A stretch of 64,000 bases of DNA from Lama glama (lineage: Eukaryota): NCBI GenBank assembly GCA_028534125.1, contig CM052817.1, forward strand, positions 106,580,001 to 106,644,000. Direction: 5' to 3'. The notes beneath the pieces were generated by a model. The model made no database searches, had not been told where the DNA came from, and saw only the letters and a list, made by a program, of their open reading frames with translations. The position numbers and the translations under genes were made by a program. Position 1 is the first letter of the stretch. Every line of letters begins with the position of its first letter. Positions 24,450 through 36,509 of this stretch are shown in pieces.

Positions 24450-26450
24450 ACACCAACATCATGATTATCTCTCCACTGTGACAAAATTCACGTGTGTTCT
24501 TCTGGTAGTTATAAACTCAACTTTTCCCCAATCATCTCTTACTCAAACCCAGATTTTTTCATTAAATATCAGCTTTAAGGAAGATGATCATGTTTAGAAA
24601 GCATACAGAAACCCATTATGTCCCTCACTTTGGCTCATATGTTCCACTACAGAGGGAACTGGCAAGTAATATATTCAACCAAATGGTCAGTACATATGTG
24701 ACCATATGATATGTGACCATGCCAATCTAACAAGAGAATCTTGGTGGCTGAGTAAGAATCCAGCTTGAATTCATTAGACTCTCTTGTGACCAGGCTTCAA
24801 CCCAGAGAGTTGAAGCTACCTTAGGGCTGCTGTTAGGGGAATAAAAGCAGGACCATATCCAGAGATGGTTACAACGAATTACCCAACTCTCAGAATAGGT
24901 CTATATAACCCCACCCCTTTCATTTTGATCATTGCTAGGACATAGCTGAGAGGAGGTAATTTCTTTCTGGAGAATAGTCACATTGAGTGACCAAATGGCC
25001 TTATTAAGGAGGAAGTAGAGTTAGAAATCTTTTAAAGTTAATTTTTAAGGAGGCTATTCCAACAATTAACAGTATCAGACGATAAGGTGTATTCAAAGTC
25101 CATTGAATACTTTGGTTATCCTTTTCCAGATTGCAAATGGTCCAGAAATCTGAAAAGATAACGCAGATTAGTTTTAAGGGCCATAGTGGTGTGAGAGTCA
25201 GCTGGATCAGACTAGAAGCACTGTAGGCTAGAAAATAACCATCAAAATAGTGTAGAGGAACCACGGATAGCCAAGAGGGAAGTCAAAGATCCATGTAGTC
25301 AAACTGTCAAAAATGGGTAGAAGCAGTGCCCTGTGCCATATGGCCTCCTTCAATTAGAGACAAACAGGTCAATTTTGGCAGGAGTCACAGGTATGCATCC
25401 AATGGTAGCCTCTGCATCAGGAACACGGAGTGTTTCACGTGCCCATTCTATCATGGTAGATGTACTGCCATGCCCAGCATGGATCTAAGCAGCATCAATG
25501 GCAATCTGGCTGGTGCAGGCTCAATCAGCAAGTTGACTTCAGGCAGTTTCATGAGAAGACTACTCTTACCATGGGCATTTGCATGAGTAATCCAGTTAGT
25601 CAGCAATCATTTTGCACTTCCTCACTACATGGCCCCCAAATGGGTGTCTTTTATTTACTAGTCTGCAGTTTTCCAAAAGCAGACCAAACAGCAAGGGTCA
25701 CTAAAAATATAGCAACGTTTAATTAAGGGGAACATTAGCCAGAACTATGAGAATAACTCTCACTACCACCCGCTAAGTGGAGTAACCATGACCATTTTTG
25801 ATTTTGCAGTTGGTACTATTGTTGAATACCGCCCAATCCAAAGGACGCCATCAACTTCCAGCTTAGCTAAGCCATCGGTGAGTCAGGCCTGGACATTCGG
25901 TGGAACCTCTGTGAGTCTGAGACAGCAGAAAGCAAAGTGGGGGGTAAAGATTCCCCTGAAGGGATAGCTGCCACTTTTTATGTAAAGCTGAGCTCTGTCT
26001 AGGGCCAGACCAGTTGAATTCTGGAATATCGCATTGCCATTTGACAAACAAAGCTTTTTAGACTCCTCCCACCTTGTTAGTAATTGAGTCAACCTTCAAA
26101 AATTGGATTATCAGATCAGAGTTTTAAGGTTTTCATGGATCAGGCATTCAGTTTCAATAAGAGCTTAGAAGCAAGATAATAGCCAAGCTCTGTCAGAGAG
26201 GCAACAAGTCCAAAACTCCAAGAGGCGTCTCTAGATGAAGGTGCCTTTCCTTTGCCAACCTCCAACTAGAAAAATAGAATTTTCAGTTAGAAAACTCATC
26301 AATCTCAGAAACTTGCCGCTCAAAGTAATGATTCGAGCTGTCGAGCCCCAAGGGTATGACCGCTTTGGTACATCCAGTTCTTCCCACTTGAAAGAATCCC
26401 CTTTAGCACTTACGGGACAGGGAAATACAAGCATGTAACACTTCAAATCC
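24450..26450 (-). pseudogene. Degraded class III (ERVL-type) pol: RT connection, RNase H, integrase
   Basis: Hand translation across stops and frameshifts: IPLG..FERQVS, WQ..RRLLEFW, LLSCF*ALIETE; A*LTDG (25871-25879), CYIFSD, LAVWS, WITHANAHGK; AA*IHAGHG..EWAR..CDSCQ; *QFDYM (25292-25309); KIWV..W.K. Confidence 0.85.
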
Positions 26451-27402
26451 TACTGTATATTCATATGTAGGCCCAATAACAGTATCCTGAATCAACCCAA
26501 AGAAGTCGACTCACAAATTCACATCACCTTCCTGCCTCACTTTTCCCCCTTTCCTTCCTGCCCAAATCCCATCAGTTGAACCTAGGCACTCCTTCCTTTC
26601 ATTGAACTGGAGAGGACAGTGACTTGATTGTTAATGTTCTGTATAATAGAGGAATAACAGTTTGAATACCCACCCATCCCTGAAATGCCCTAGTATACTC
26701 AAAGAAGTGCAGATGGCCTTCATCTTCCCTTGGAGCTAGGGAGACGTCCCGGTGGTTAAAGGTGATTAATTAAGGGTGATCAACCACCCGTAATCATCTT
26801 TCTCCTAGCAGCTGATGTCAAATTAGAGGGATGACTTGGAGGTGAGAAATGGAAACAGCATTTTTGAGAACACTTTCCAACTGCCTGAGTGTAAAGGGGA
26901 GAGAGACAGTTGAGGCAACTGGATAAGTGTGGTGCCAAAATGTGTTTATTTGTTTAAGATGGAAAGAACATTAATATGTGTAGAAGATAATGCAAAGATA
27001 TTTAGCAATATAAGATTTATTCCACTATTGTATAATGGTACACTGGGGATTCTGGCTTAGAGTAGGTTCTAGATTTAAAGAACAAATAAATAAATAACAA
27101 ATAAGTAAATTATCTCTCATGCATTATCTATTATATGATATGAAAAAAATTTGTAGTTCCCTAGAATTCGATTTGTACTTTTACTTATTTTAAAGTAGAA
27201 AGCTGCAACATGATTTTGACTAACTTAGCAGCTGCTTTAAAGCACAATTTAAGCATGAATTTACATCTAGATATTCCTTCACTAGAGCAACAGATTAAAA
27301 AATAAAGTAAAAGACCTGAACAGCATGAAAAGCCACTTAGATGACCTACAGATAGTTCATGAAAGTTCTTAAATAAATTTCTTCCCTAACCAAACCCCTG
27401 TC

Positions 27403-27500
27403 AAAAAAAAAAGGAGAGAGAGAGAGAGGAATAATGGAAGGAGGGAAGGAAGGAGGGAGAAAAAGAAGGGAGGGAAGAAAGAGAAAAAAGGAACAAAATA
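27403..27500. repeat. Polypurine (GA-rich) tract
   Basis: AAAAAAAAAAGGAGAGAGAGAGAGAGG...GGAAGGAGGGAAGGAAGGAGGG. Confidence 0.85.
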
Positions 27501-28692
27501 AGTTTATAAAAATTTCTTTAACTTGAAACATCCCCATCTGCAATCACTGCATTTATGCATATCAACTCCAAAAGATAAACAAATTGAGTGAAGATTAAAA
27601 TATGAGAACTATGGATTGATTGATGGGTTAATCTATTTGTGCTTGACTTAGAGTAGGAGAAAAACATGGATGTAAAAGAAAAGTCCTCTCATTCTTTCTC
27701 CCACCTTGGCAAAACTGGTGTGACAGAAGAGAAAAAAGAAAGACTTGTGGGCATGGCATGAATTTTGGCTTTATGAAAAGAAGTCGATTAGCCTATAGAT
27801 ATTATGTCAGAAATAGCTGTGTAGGTGTATTCAAGGGAACTGAACTATGTTCACATAAAAAGAAATGGGGAATGGTGTTTTTCTAAATGTGAAGCCATGC
27901 AGAACCTTGCTCTGCAGTATCAGGAAATCTGCAAGGGGAGCGCTGAGATCAATGTCATTATCCATAAGGCATTACTGAAATAGATTTTAAATCCTTTGAT
28001 GTAATTGCTTGCTGAGTTTGCCATTACAGCAGCTCTATCCTTTTGACTGATTGAGGGCCTTTAACAGCTCAAAATTTTACTGAGACTGCCAACATATTCA
28101 TGTTGGAATCAGAAAGTTGGACAGATGTTTGATGTTTAATTTAACTAATATGGCGCACCATGAGTCAACAAAACACATTCTGTGTTAATGCCAAGAAAAA
28201 AAAAAAGGTGAGAGACAGAAATGCATGCAGAGTTAATCTTTCTGTTTCAGCAAGATTGGTTCTTAGACTTATTAACATGAATTCTGATTTAAAAACCCTG
28301 TGGCATTTTTCCTGCCCCTTGAGAAGAGCAGTTTCTTGATCCCACCAGAGCATTTAGAACCAGATCTCAATGAATAAATTAACAATGCATAAAATCACCA
28401 AGTGAAGTGTAAGGAGCAGTGACGTAAATTGTTTTTGTTTTTGTTTTTCTTACAGACAGTCCCTATTCTCCATGGTTCTTTGGATAATTTTTATTCTTTA
28501 TGACACACCTTTCTTTTTCCACCACTACCTAAGACAAATAGACAACAATGCACCATACTCACTTATCTTCAGATTTACCCTCCTCCTGAAGAAAGACAGA
28601 TTTGACCAAAAGCAAAGAAATTTTATTCATGATATTTCAGCATTGATTGTGTCTAATATAAAAAATACATATATTTAACACCACCTAATAGT

Positions 28693-28770
28693 GTATATAT
28701 ATATAAAAATATATATATAAAATATATATTATATATAATAGTGTGCATGTGTATATATATATATATAAAA
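28693..28770. repeat. (TA)n-rich low-complexity tract
   Basis: Directly visible. Confidence 0.85.
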
Positions 28771-29059
28771 TAATGCCTATTTCATATACTTCTCAAAAAA
28801 CATAGTGACTATACATTCTGTTCAAGATATAGTGGCTAACACAGTTAGCTTCTCCAATTAATATCATTTCCATAATATCATTTTGAGGGAAAAAGCTGGA
28901 GATTATTTTTTCAAAGTGGTTTCACTAAAGCATCTATTTTAATGTCGTTGGCCTCTTTGTCTTAAGTTTAATAGTTAATAGTAATAATAGAACAGTGGTT
29001 ATAGTGGTGATGATGGTAGTTGTGGTTAAACAGTTAGAAGAAGAAATTTGGAGCCATGA

Positions 29060-29275
29060 TAATGACAAACATATAACAGAGTCTTGTACTATCACTTTCT
29101 GTGTCCTTTTGCTAATATTATATTTTTGCTTCCATGACATACGTAGAGGAGTTATCGCTATTTGCATTTTATAAACACGGAAAGTGAGGCCTGGAAAATG
29201 GTGGTGACATTCCTGAATACCATTTGACTAGGAAGCTATTTAAATCAAGGTCATCTGACTCCAAATCCAGTCATG
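29060..29275 (-). mobile_element. MIR SINE
   Basis: CATTTTATAAACACGGAAAGTGAGGCCT...TCTGACTCCAAATCCAGT core. Confidence 0.6.
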
Positions 29276-29609
29276 TGCATGCTAAAGTTATGAGTTCTCA
29301 CTGATCAGAAATAACAATTAACCGTTCCTAATGACACATTGATTCTATCAAGAGCATTTTCATGCCAGTATCAATAAGCTGGTTGTACTAGTTTAAACTT
29401 ATCTGCTTACTTTTTATAGCTTTGTTTCCCATTCTTAGTATTCAACATGTTTAGACTGGCTGGTGTATACACTCATTCATTCATTCAAACCTGTAAGTAA
29501 ATCACATAGTACTTGAGACTAAATTAATAAGGTTTCTTCCTTATTCGTGTAAGTAACCCTGACTCATTCTTCCCATCTCAGTCTATTTCATGTCCATGGC
29601 ATCCCTACC

Positions 29610-30196
29610 TGTAGTCCAGGGCCCCCAACCCAACTTTTAGGTCAGTGTTTCTCTAGAAGAACTCAGAACTCAGAAAAGCTGTTGTGCTCAGGGTTATGGT
29701 TTACTACTGGGAAAGAACAAAGATTAAAATCAGCAAAGACAAAAGGCAGACAGGGCAGAGTCTAGAAAATCCCAGTCACAGTTTCCGGGTATCTTTTCCC
29801 AGGGGAGTCTCATGGACAGCACTCAAATCTCCCGGCAACAGTGTGTGAAAACACGCAGGCAATGTCAGTCAGAAAAGCGCTCAAGAGACTTTGTGTCTAG
29901 GGATTTTACTGGGTATGGGTCATGTATGCTTGGAAAGCCCCCATGACTGATCTTAGTTTCTCAGTCTTAAGCTCCTCCAGTGGACAAATTAGTACCATGT
30001 GGCCCAAATCCCCCAACATAAATCACATTGCTAGCATAAACTCTCCGGCATGGTCCAAAGACCCAGGTAAACAAAAAACACTCTTATCAGGCAGGAAATT
30101 CCAGGAGCTTAAAAGTCATCTCCCAAAAGGGTCAAAACATTTTCTGGAATGTGCAAGGTTTGAGTAACTCAGACCTACTAAGGTAATCCCTACCCT
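29610..30196 (-). mobile_element. ERVL LTR, MER77/MER21-group
   Basis: Antisense reads ...CAAACCTTGCACATTCC...GGAATTTCCTGCCTGATAAGAGTG...TTTATGCT, resembling MER77/MER21 family LTRs. Confidence 0.7.
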
Positions 30197-30544
30197 AAAT
30201 TAGCATCCTTATTCAATCATTTTTTTCAAGATCTCTCTTTTCAAGATCACTCTAATTACAAATGCCACATTGTCAGAGATTATAAACAATTTTCCATCTT
30301 TGTATGACAGAAGTGTGTAGAAGTTTCAAGTACTGGCAAGTGAGTAATTGAAGAGACAGAAAATAAAAAATAATTTGAACAGGGTAAGGGAAATATAGAA
30401 TGGGGTCATTTTAGTTTAAGTGACTTTTTGTTGGGATAATAAGCATTTTTATTTTTGAATCTAGCATCTCCTAACTCCATTACATTTCTCTAAGTTCTGC
30501 TTGAATCCTGAATATTTCCTTTCTGATCATTTCTCTATACACAT

Positions 30545-31741
30545 ATCCTATCAGGCATGGCTAAAAGTAACCATTTGACATTTTTAACCTTCTGCCTGAG
30601 CATCTCCTTAGACAAATCTACCATTTTAATAGGTATATTTTATGTTTTCAATATTACAACTGTTTTGCAAAAACTTTCAGCCACTACATAATATGCAGTT
30701 ACAAAACCTCACTATTTTCCATCGTTCGTTAAGAGTTTCCTTGAGATACAACTTCTACTCTCTTCCTAATCCCAAACAAAGACAAATGTTACAGTTTTTG
30801 TTACAGCAGTGCTTAAACTTTGGGTGCTAATTTCTGCTTGGATTAGCTTTTGCAGAATTACAGGCCAGCCCAAGATTTAGTGGCCTAAAATGACACTATA
30901 TTATCCCTCAGGGTTCTGTGAGTTGACTGCAGTTGGTTGAGTGGTTCAAACTCGGAATTTCTTATGAGGTTTTAGTAAGACAGCAGATGGAACCTCAGTC
31001 ATGCAAAGTGTGACTGGCTCAGTGCCTAAGATTGCTCACTCACGACTGAGTAAGCTAAGTAGTGCTGGCTAGGAGACGGAAGGTCATTTAGGGCTGAGTC
31101 ATGGACTGAATGTTTGCGTCTCTTAAAATTCATATGTAGAAGCCCCAACTCCTAATTTGATGGTGTTTGGAAATGGGGCCTTTGGGAAGTAATTACAGTT
31201 AGATGAGTTCATAAAGGTGGGGCCCTGATCTGGTCCCTCATAAGAAGAGACACCAGATAGCTTTCTCTCTCTCCACCTTGTGAGAACACAGGGAGAAGAA
31301 GGTTATTTGCAAGCCTGGAAGAAGGCTTTTGCCAGATCCTGACGGTGCTGCACCATGAACTTGCACTTCTAGCTTCCAGAGCAGTGAGAAAATACAGTTT
31401 TTTTTTGTTCAAACCACCCAGTGTATGGTATTTTGTTACGACAGCCTGGATGGACTAATAACAGGCTGCCACCTGGAACATCTATGCAGGAACCATCCAT
31501 GAACTTGGACTCTTGGGCTCCTCATAGCGTGGCTTCTGAGCTCCCCGAGGGAGCATCCCAAGAGCAGTTGTCCCAGGAGGCTCAGGGAGAAACTAGAAGG
31601 CTTCTAGTGACCTAGTCACAGAAGTCCTGTCCCAGATTCATGAGTGGAAGTGGCAAATCGACCCCACCTGTTGATGCGAGGAGACATATGTGCTTAGAGA
31701 AAAGAAATTGTTAGCAGCCATCTTGGAAACCATTGACCACG
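30545..31741 (-). mobile_element. MaLR MLT1H-like LTR (30835-31741, interrupted) plus start of internal sequence (30545-30834)
   Basis: GCAGCCATCTTGGAA...ACCAC LTR start; TTAGTGGCCTAAAA near the end; internal boundary TTGTTACAGCAG...CTAATTTCTG typical of MaLR-int. Confidence 0.65.
31097..31463 (+). mobile_element. MaLR MLT1A0-like solo LTR nested in the MLT1H-like LTR
   Basis: ATGGACTGAATGTTTG..AAAATTCATATGT...GGGGCCTTTGGG...TATGGTATTTTGTTA...ACTAATAACA; 5-bp TSD GGCTG at 31092 and 31464. Confidence 0.85.
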
Positions 31742-32266
31742 CTTGGCACTTGAGATGTGTGAATTTATTCTTCTTCCTTCTCTGGTCCTCAGGGATCGAA
31801 TTCAGATGAATCTGGGTCACTTTGTGATCAGGTCCATGAGGTCCATGCAGTGGTGTCCTTGTGAGATTAGGCAATGGTAAATCTTGATTGAGAGTAAAGA
31901 ATCAGGCACAGCAGACTTTTCTTTTGGATAACGAATCCAAGAACAATTTTTTTAAATTAAGTGTCACAGTCATTATCTAGTTAAGTTTTAAGGCATTCAG
32001 TGTCATAATGTTATCTGTGGACTTTATTTCCCTTTGTGGTTTAAAAATGTCAGGGGGCCAGAGGATGTGTCAGTGCCTTCTCATGCTATAATTTTATTTT
32101 TATCCTAGAGCACTCATCTGTAAATAACTAATTCTAAAAATAAGAGCTAAGAAGAAAGAAAGAAAAAAAAAAAACCCTAAACTGACCAACCAACAAACAA
32201 AAACCTTCTATTTTGAAAAACTGTTCCCTTATACCATTTAATTGTTATTCTAAATCGTAAATTCAA

Positions 32267-32680
32267 CCATTAAAAGAGTGACACAGCAACTGAGGAAAGA
32301 TTAGCCGGTTAGAACCAAGATGGCAGAAGATTTGACTTCCAGTAGACGTTGAACCTCATGGCACACCTGCGGGCACCATGACAGTTCCCACACTGACCAT
32401 AAAAGGTCAGAAACTGGGTGTGGCCCAGTTCCTGGAAATCCCCACCCCTTCCCCAAAATAGTTGGAATAATCTTCCTACTCATTAGCATATGATATTACT
32501 CAGCCCCCAAAAACTAACCACTGCCACACCTCCTGGCTACTCTCCCTTCTGGGTGAGATGGACTGCATTCTGTCTATGGAACGTGTACCTCCTAGGGCCA
32601 CCTCTCCTGCCTTCTGAGATTGCCCACATTCTGTCTATGAGGTGTGCACCTCCCTGAATAAATCCACTTTCACTTTCAAA
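32267..32680 (+). mobile_element. MER41-like ERV1 LTR (U3-R only), apparently retroposed
   Basis: CCATGACAGTT, CATTAGCATA, CTGTCTATGGA (duplicated block), AATAAA..CTTTCACTTT then A-run; flanking 13/15-identical direct repeats. Confidence 0.7.
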
Positions 32681-33329
32681 AAATCATAAAATCAAATATA
32701 AATTGCATTTCCATTCATAATTTTCAAGAAAAGGATTAAGCTACATATCTCTCTCATTATTAGTGGGATTATAGAAGGCCAAACTGAATTTTATTTGCTG
32801 AAGGAAGCGTTCTTATCTAGGGGATGCTCACTTGTGTAGGATATTTTACGGTAAATGAAGCAAGAATCTGTGGATAATGGTTCCCTGGAAAATGCTCTGT
32901 GTGCACTGTAACTATCTGAGCACAGGATGCAGATGTTTCTTGATTGAAATGGCTCTTTCCTGTGTAAACAGTGTACCATGTACATCACTTAAAGACATTA
33001 CATGTTACTCTAAGCCAGAACATGTCCTTAAGGAGAGACAGGAACTATAAATCTGTATCGACAGCCACGGATCTCGCCCTTCTCAGCTGTGCCTCATAAT
33101 TACAAAGCACTTTTATCAGCGTATTTTTTATGGACTTCTGACCCCTCCTGATGGGTCAGAGAATCTATCTTGATTAATTGACCCCAAGAGTAGAACTTTG
33201 GAAACGAGTTCATTTTTAGAGGAATCGTGTTCTTTAAAGTAAGCAATTAAGTATTATTTTATTTAGGCTAACAAGTGTTTTATTTTTAACGTCTAAACTA
33301 ATTATTCCCAGCATAGTTTTAAATGATGG

Positions 33330-33565
33330 TCTTGTGCAGTGGGTAACAGCTGCCTTATGGAATTAGAATTTGAATCTCTCCCAAGTCACTTGCACTCTGC
33401 ATGAACCAGAGAATTAACCTTTAGCCGTGTTTTCTCATCTCTAAAATGAGCATTCTGAGGGCACGTTGCGCACAGGGTTTTATTGGATCTTAAATGCGAG
33501 CTTATATATAAAGCATGTAGCATGTTGCTTAGTACATGATAAGTATTGATTACACGTTAGTTATT
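33330..33565 (+). mobile_element. MIR SINE
   Basis: TTTTCTCATCTCTAAAATGAG core; TAAAGCAT..TAGCA..TAGTACATGATAAGT tail. Confidence 0.65.
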
Positions 33566-33733
33566 GTTCATCTCTAGCATATTAATAACCAAGGAAATTT
33601 CAAAAACGTATTATTAAAATATCTTCCAATATATAAATATGAGCTGTAAGAGCTGGATTCACTATTGTCCATTTGTTGGAATATTTGTCAAAGGCCCCCC
33701 CTATGAGCTGGTCAATTTTTGTTACTTACTGAA

Positions 33734-33754
33734 TGTGTGTGTGTGTGTGTGTGT
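33734..33754. repeat. (TG)n microsatellite
   Basis: Directly visible. Confidence 0.9.
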
Positions 33755-34210
33755 CAAAGAGAGAAAGATCGTGTCTCCGATGCACAGAATTTTAGCAAAG
33801 CCATTTTCATCAAACATAGAGCTTTTGATATGAAACATACAATATATCCCACCATAGAGTGTTAAGGCTTTCCGATCTTCCTGACACAGGAAAGAACTGA
33901 TTGTTGGCATCTGCATTATAGTCACAGCCAAGTTTATGACTGCTTGAAACTTATTTCATTGAAATGAGGATTTAAGATCAAATGATTTGCCACAATTAGG
34001 GGTAAACAAATTTTCCAGGGTAGTTCTTTTATGACTAAATTATTTTGTCTAGAGTAAGAAATGTGCTGACTGAAAGTAAAAGCCTCATTTTTAAATTTCA
34101 CTATCCGGAGGGTGTTGTATCTGTACTAGTAAATATTTTACTGTCATTCAAAAGTAATTGAAGGGACTTTTTTCCTAAATACAAAAATATGTATTTTAAA
34201 AAGTCTTATG

Positions 34211-34382
34211 ACAAGTTTATACTGTACAGCACAGGGAACTATGTTCAATACCTTGTAGTAACTTATAGTTAAAAAGAATGTGAAAATGAATATATGCATG
34301 TTCCTATGTGACTGAAGCACTGTGCTGCACACCAGAAATTGACACACTGTAAACTGACTATACTTCAATAAAAATACATTAA
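34211..34382 (+). mobile_element. Young L1 3' end, 5' truncated
   Basis: CAGCACAGGGAACTATGTTCAAT...GTAAACTGACTATACTTCAATAAA; TSD AAAAA(G/A)TCTTATG at 34198-34210 and 34383-34395. Confidence 0.9.
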
Positions 34383-34699
34383 AAAAAATCTTATGCCAGA
34401 TGCTTTTTGTATTACAGCTAGCCTCCCTTTCACATTTGCATTCATTGAAATTTAAAATTTTTAAATTATTAAAGTAATTAATATTAGGTATAAATCATTT
34501 ACTTCCACGGACATGATTAAAACCATGTCATACAGTTTTCAGTATTTTTCTCTTTCCCTCTTTATTTATTTATAATGGCACTTTGTGTTTGCTTTTATTT
34601 TTCCCTGCTCTGAATTGAGCAGAAGAAACAGTTCTTCTGTTTCTGGACAATAAGGTAATTGCACTCACAGAGACTGGACAGTAGCAAATACTGGGAATG

Positions 34700-35600
34700 C
34701 TGTTATGCAATAAATTCCTAACTGGTCTCTCTGCTTCCATTCTTGGCTCTTCAATCAATTTTCAACACAATAGTCAGAGTAATCTTATAAAAACAAAAGT
34801 GAGGTCTTGTCACTAATATGACCCATCCAAATAACTTTTCATCTCAAAGTAGGAGACAAAGTTATCACCATGGCCTAAGGCTGCCACCCACCTCCTGCTC
34901 CATGACTTTTCTATTTTCATCTCCTACTGTTGTTTCCCAAACTCACTCCACTCCAGCTACACTGGCTTCTTTTTCATTTAATTCACCAGGTACACTCTCA
35001 CATCACTGCCTTTGCACCTGCTGGTCCCTCTGCCTGAAATGTTTTCTTTCCTTCACTCATTCAATTTCTCATTTAAGTACCTTTATCACTTTTTTTATGT
35101 GATAAGCACTGTCTAGGAACTAGGAATACAACAGTGAACAAAACATCAAAAAAAATCAGTCTTCATGGAGCTTATAGTTAATGAGGTCAGTGAAAAAGAA
35201 AAATACATATATTTAGAGAATTGTAAATACTAAGGAGAAAAAATAAAGAAGGAATGGAAAGCAGAAAATACAGGGAGTGAGAAGGACATGGAGAAATGTG
35301 AGACAGTGATCAACTTCTACAAGTGACATAAATGTTACAATTTCAGTGACACCTTCTACATTATTTAATATTGCAAAACTGCCTCCCTGACAAAAACTTT
35401 CAATCCCTGTTCCCTGAATTTTTTTTCTCTATAGCAACATATTTTAGTTATTTATTTTGTCCATTTTCTGACTCTAGTTACTAAAATGTAACCTCTGCTT
35501 GGAGGGATTTTTGACTATTTTATTCACCTTTGTATAACTACAGTCCAGAGCCATGAATAGCACATGGTGGGTATTCAATAGATCCTTGTGAATAGATGAA
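34700..35600. mobile_element. L2 fragments (+ strand piece interrupted by a - strand L2 end at ~35060-35300)
   Basis: CCTAACTGGTCTCTCTGCTTCC, CTCCAGCTACACTGGC, CCTTTGCACCTGCTG; antisense AAGCACTGTCTAGGAACTAGGAATACAACAGTGAACAAAAC. Confidence 0.65.
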
Positions 35601-36509
35601 GGTCCAGAGTAAGGAAATATTATGATAGCAGATGAGGAGCAGAATGGCTACATTAGACCACCTAGGCCAACAGGGTTGAGGACAGTAAGTGAAAAACAAT
35701 TAGTAGGAAAAGTTAACACAATGGACAATATGGCGCCAAGGCCAGACTATCATGGAGATGGCAAAGCCCACAGACAGCCAGATCCGGACTGCAATAGGGG
35801 GATCCATGGCTCACTGGGCATGAAGTGCCCTCTCTCCCTCTTTTTTTATCCACCGTGCTCTGAAGTTCTTTTTCCCCACTGTATTCCAGGAATACCCATA
35901 GTAAGCAAACACTACAGGGACTTAAAATATTCAAGAGGTATTTGTACCTTTTCCCTGTGACACACTTGGAACAGGCATAGTGGACACACAGTCCTAACAG
36001 TTAAAATGCATGAAGAACAGTATGGTCTTTCCTGAAGTCTTCCTAGGTCTCATTGCAGAGGCAATGTTCCTGGCCAAGTCACAGAGACACCCACTTCTAT
36101 TTTAATGTAGTCTGAGTCTTCATATGTCTTGAAAGGAAGACATATGTCAAATCAGGGACTAAAACTTAGATTTTTGTGCCTTTTAGGTATTCACTCCTTA
36201 TTCCACTGGCTCCTTAAAATTTAGTGAAAATGCTGTACAACCAGGGCATTTCATGTAAGTATCTTAAGACTCTTATAGTTATTCTAATAATTAATTAAAA
36301 TATTATTGCTTTCCATATGTAAAATAATTTAAACATTCTCAAACATATTCAAATTATATTTGTGCAGTAGTGTTCACTCAGGAAAGACTGATTAAGCATT
36401 TGAAGTGCTTAAAGAACCAAAATGCATTCGGAATTCCCTGAAAACTAAAATAATTTTCAATTTTTTTTCTCATTTTATAAAAATATACATGAGACGTTGA
36501 GGCAAACTA

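Noticed and set aside
35622..35960. 112-aa ATG ORF (MIADEEQNG...)
   Set aside because: No recognisable domain or exon structure; length attainable by chance in 64 kb
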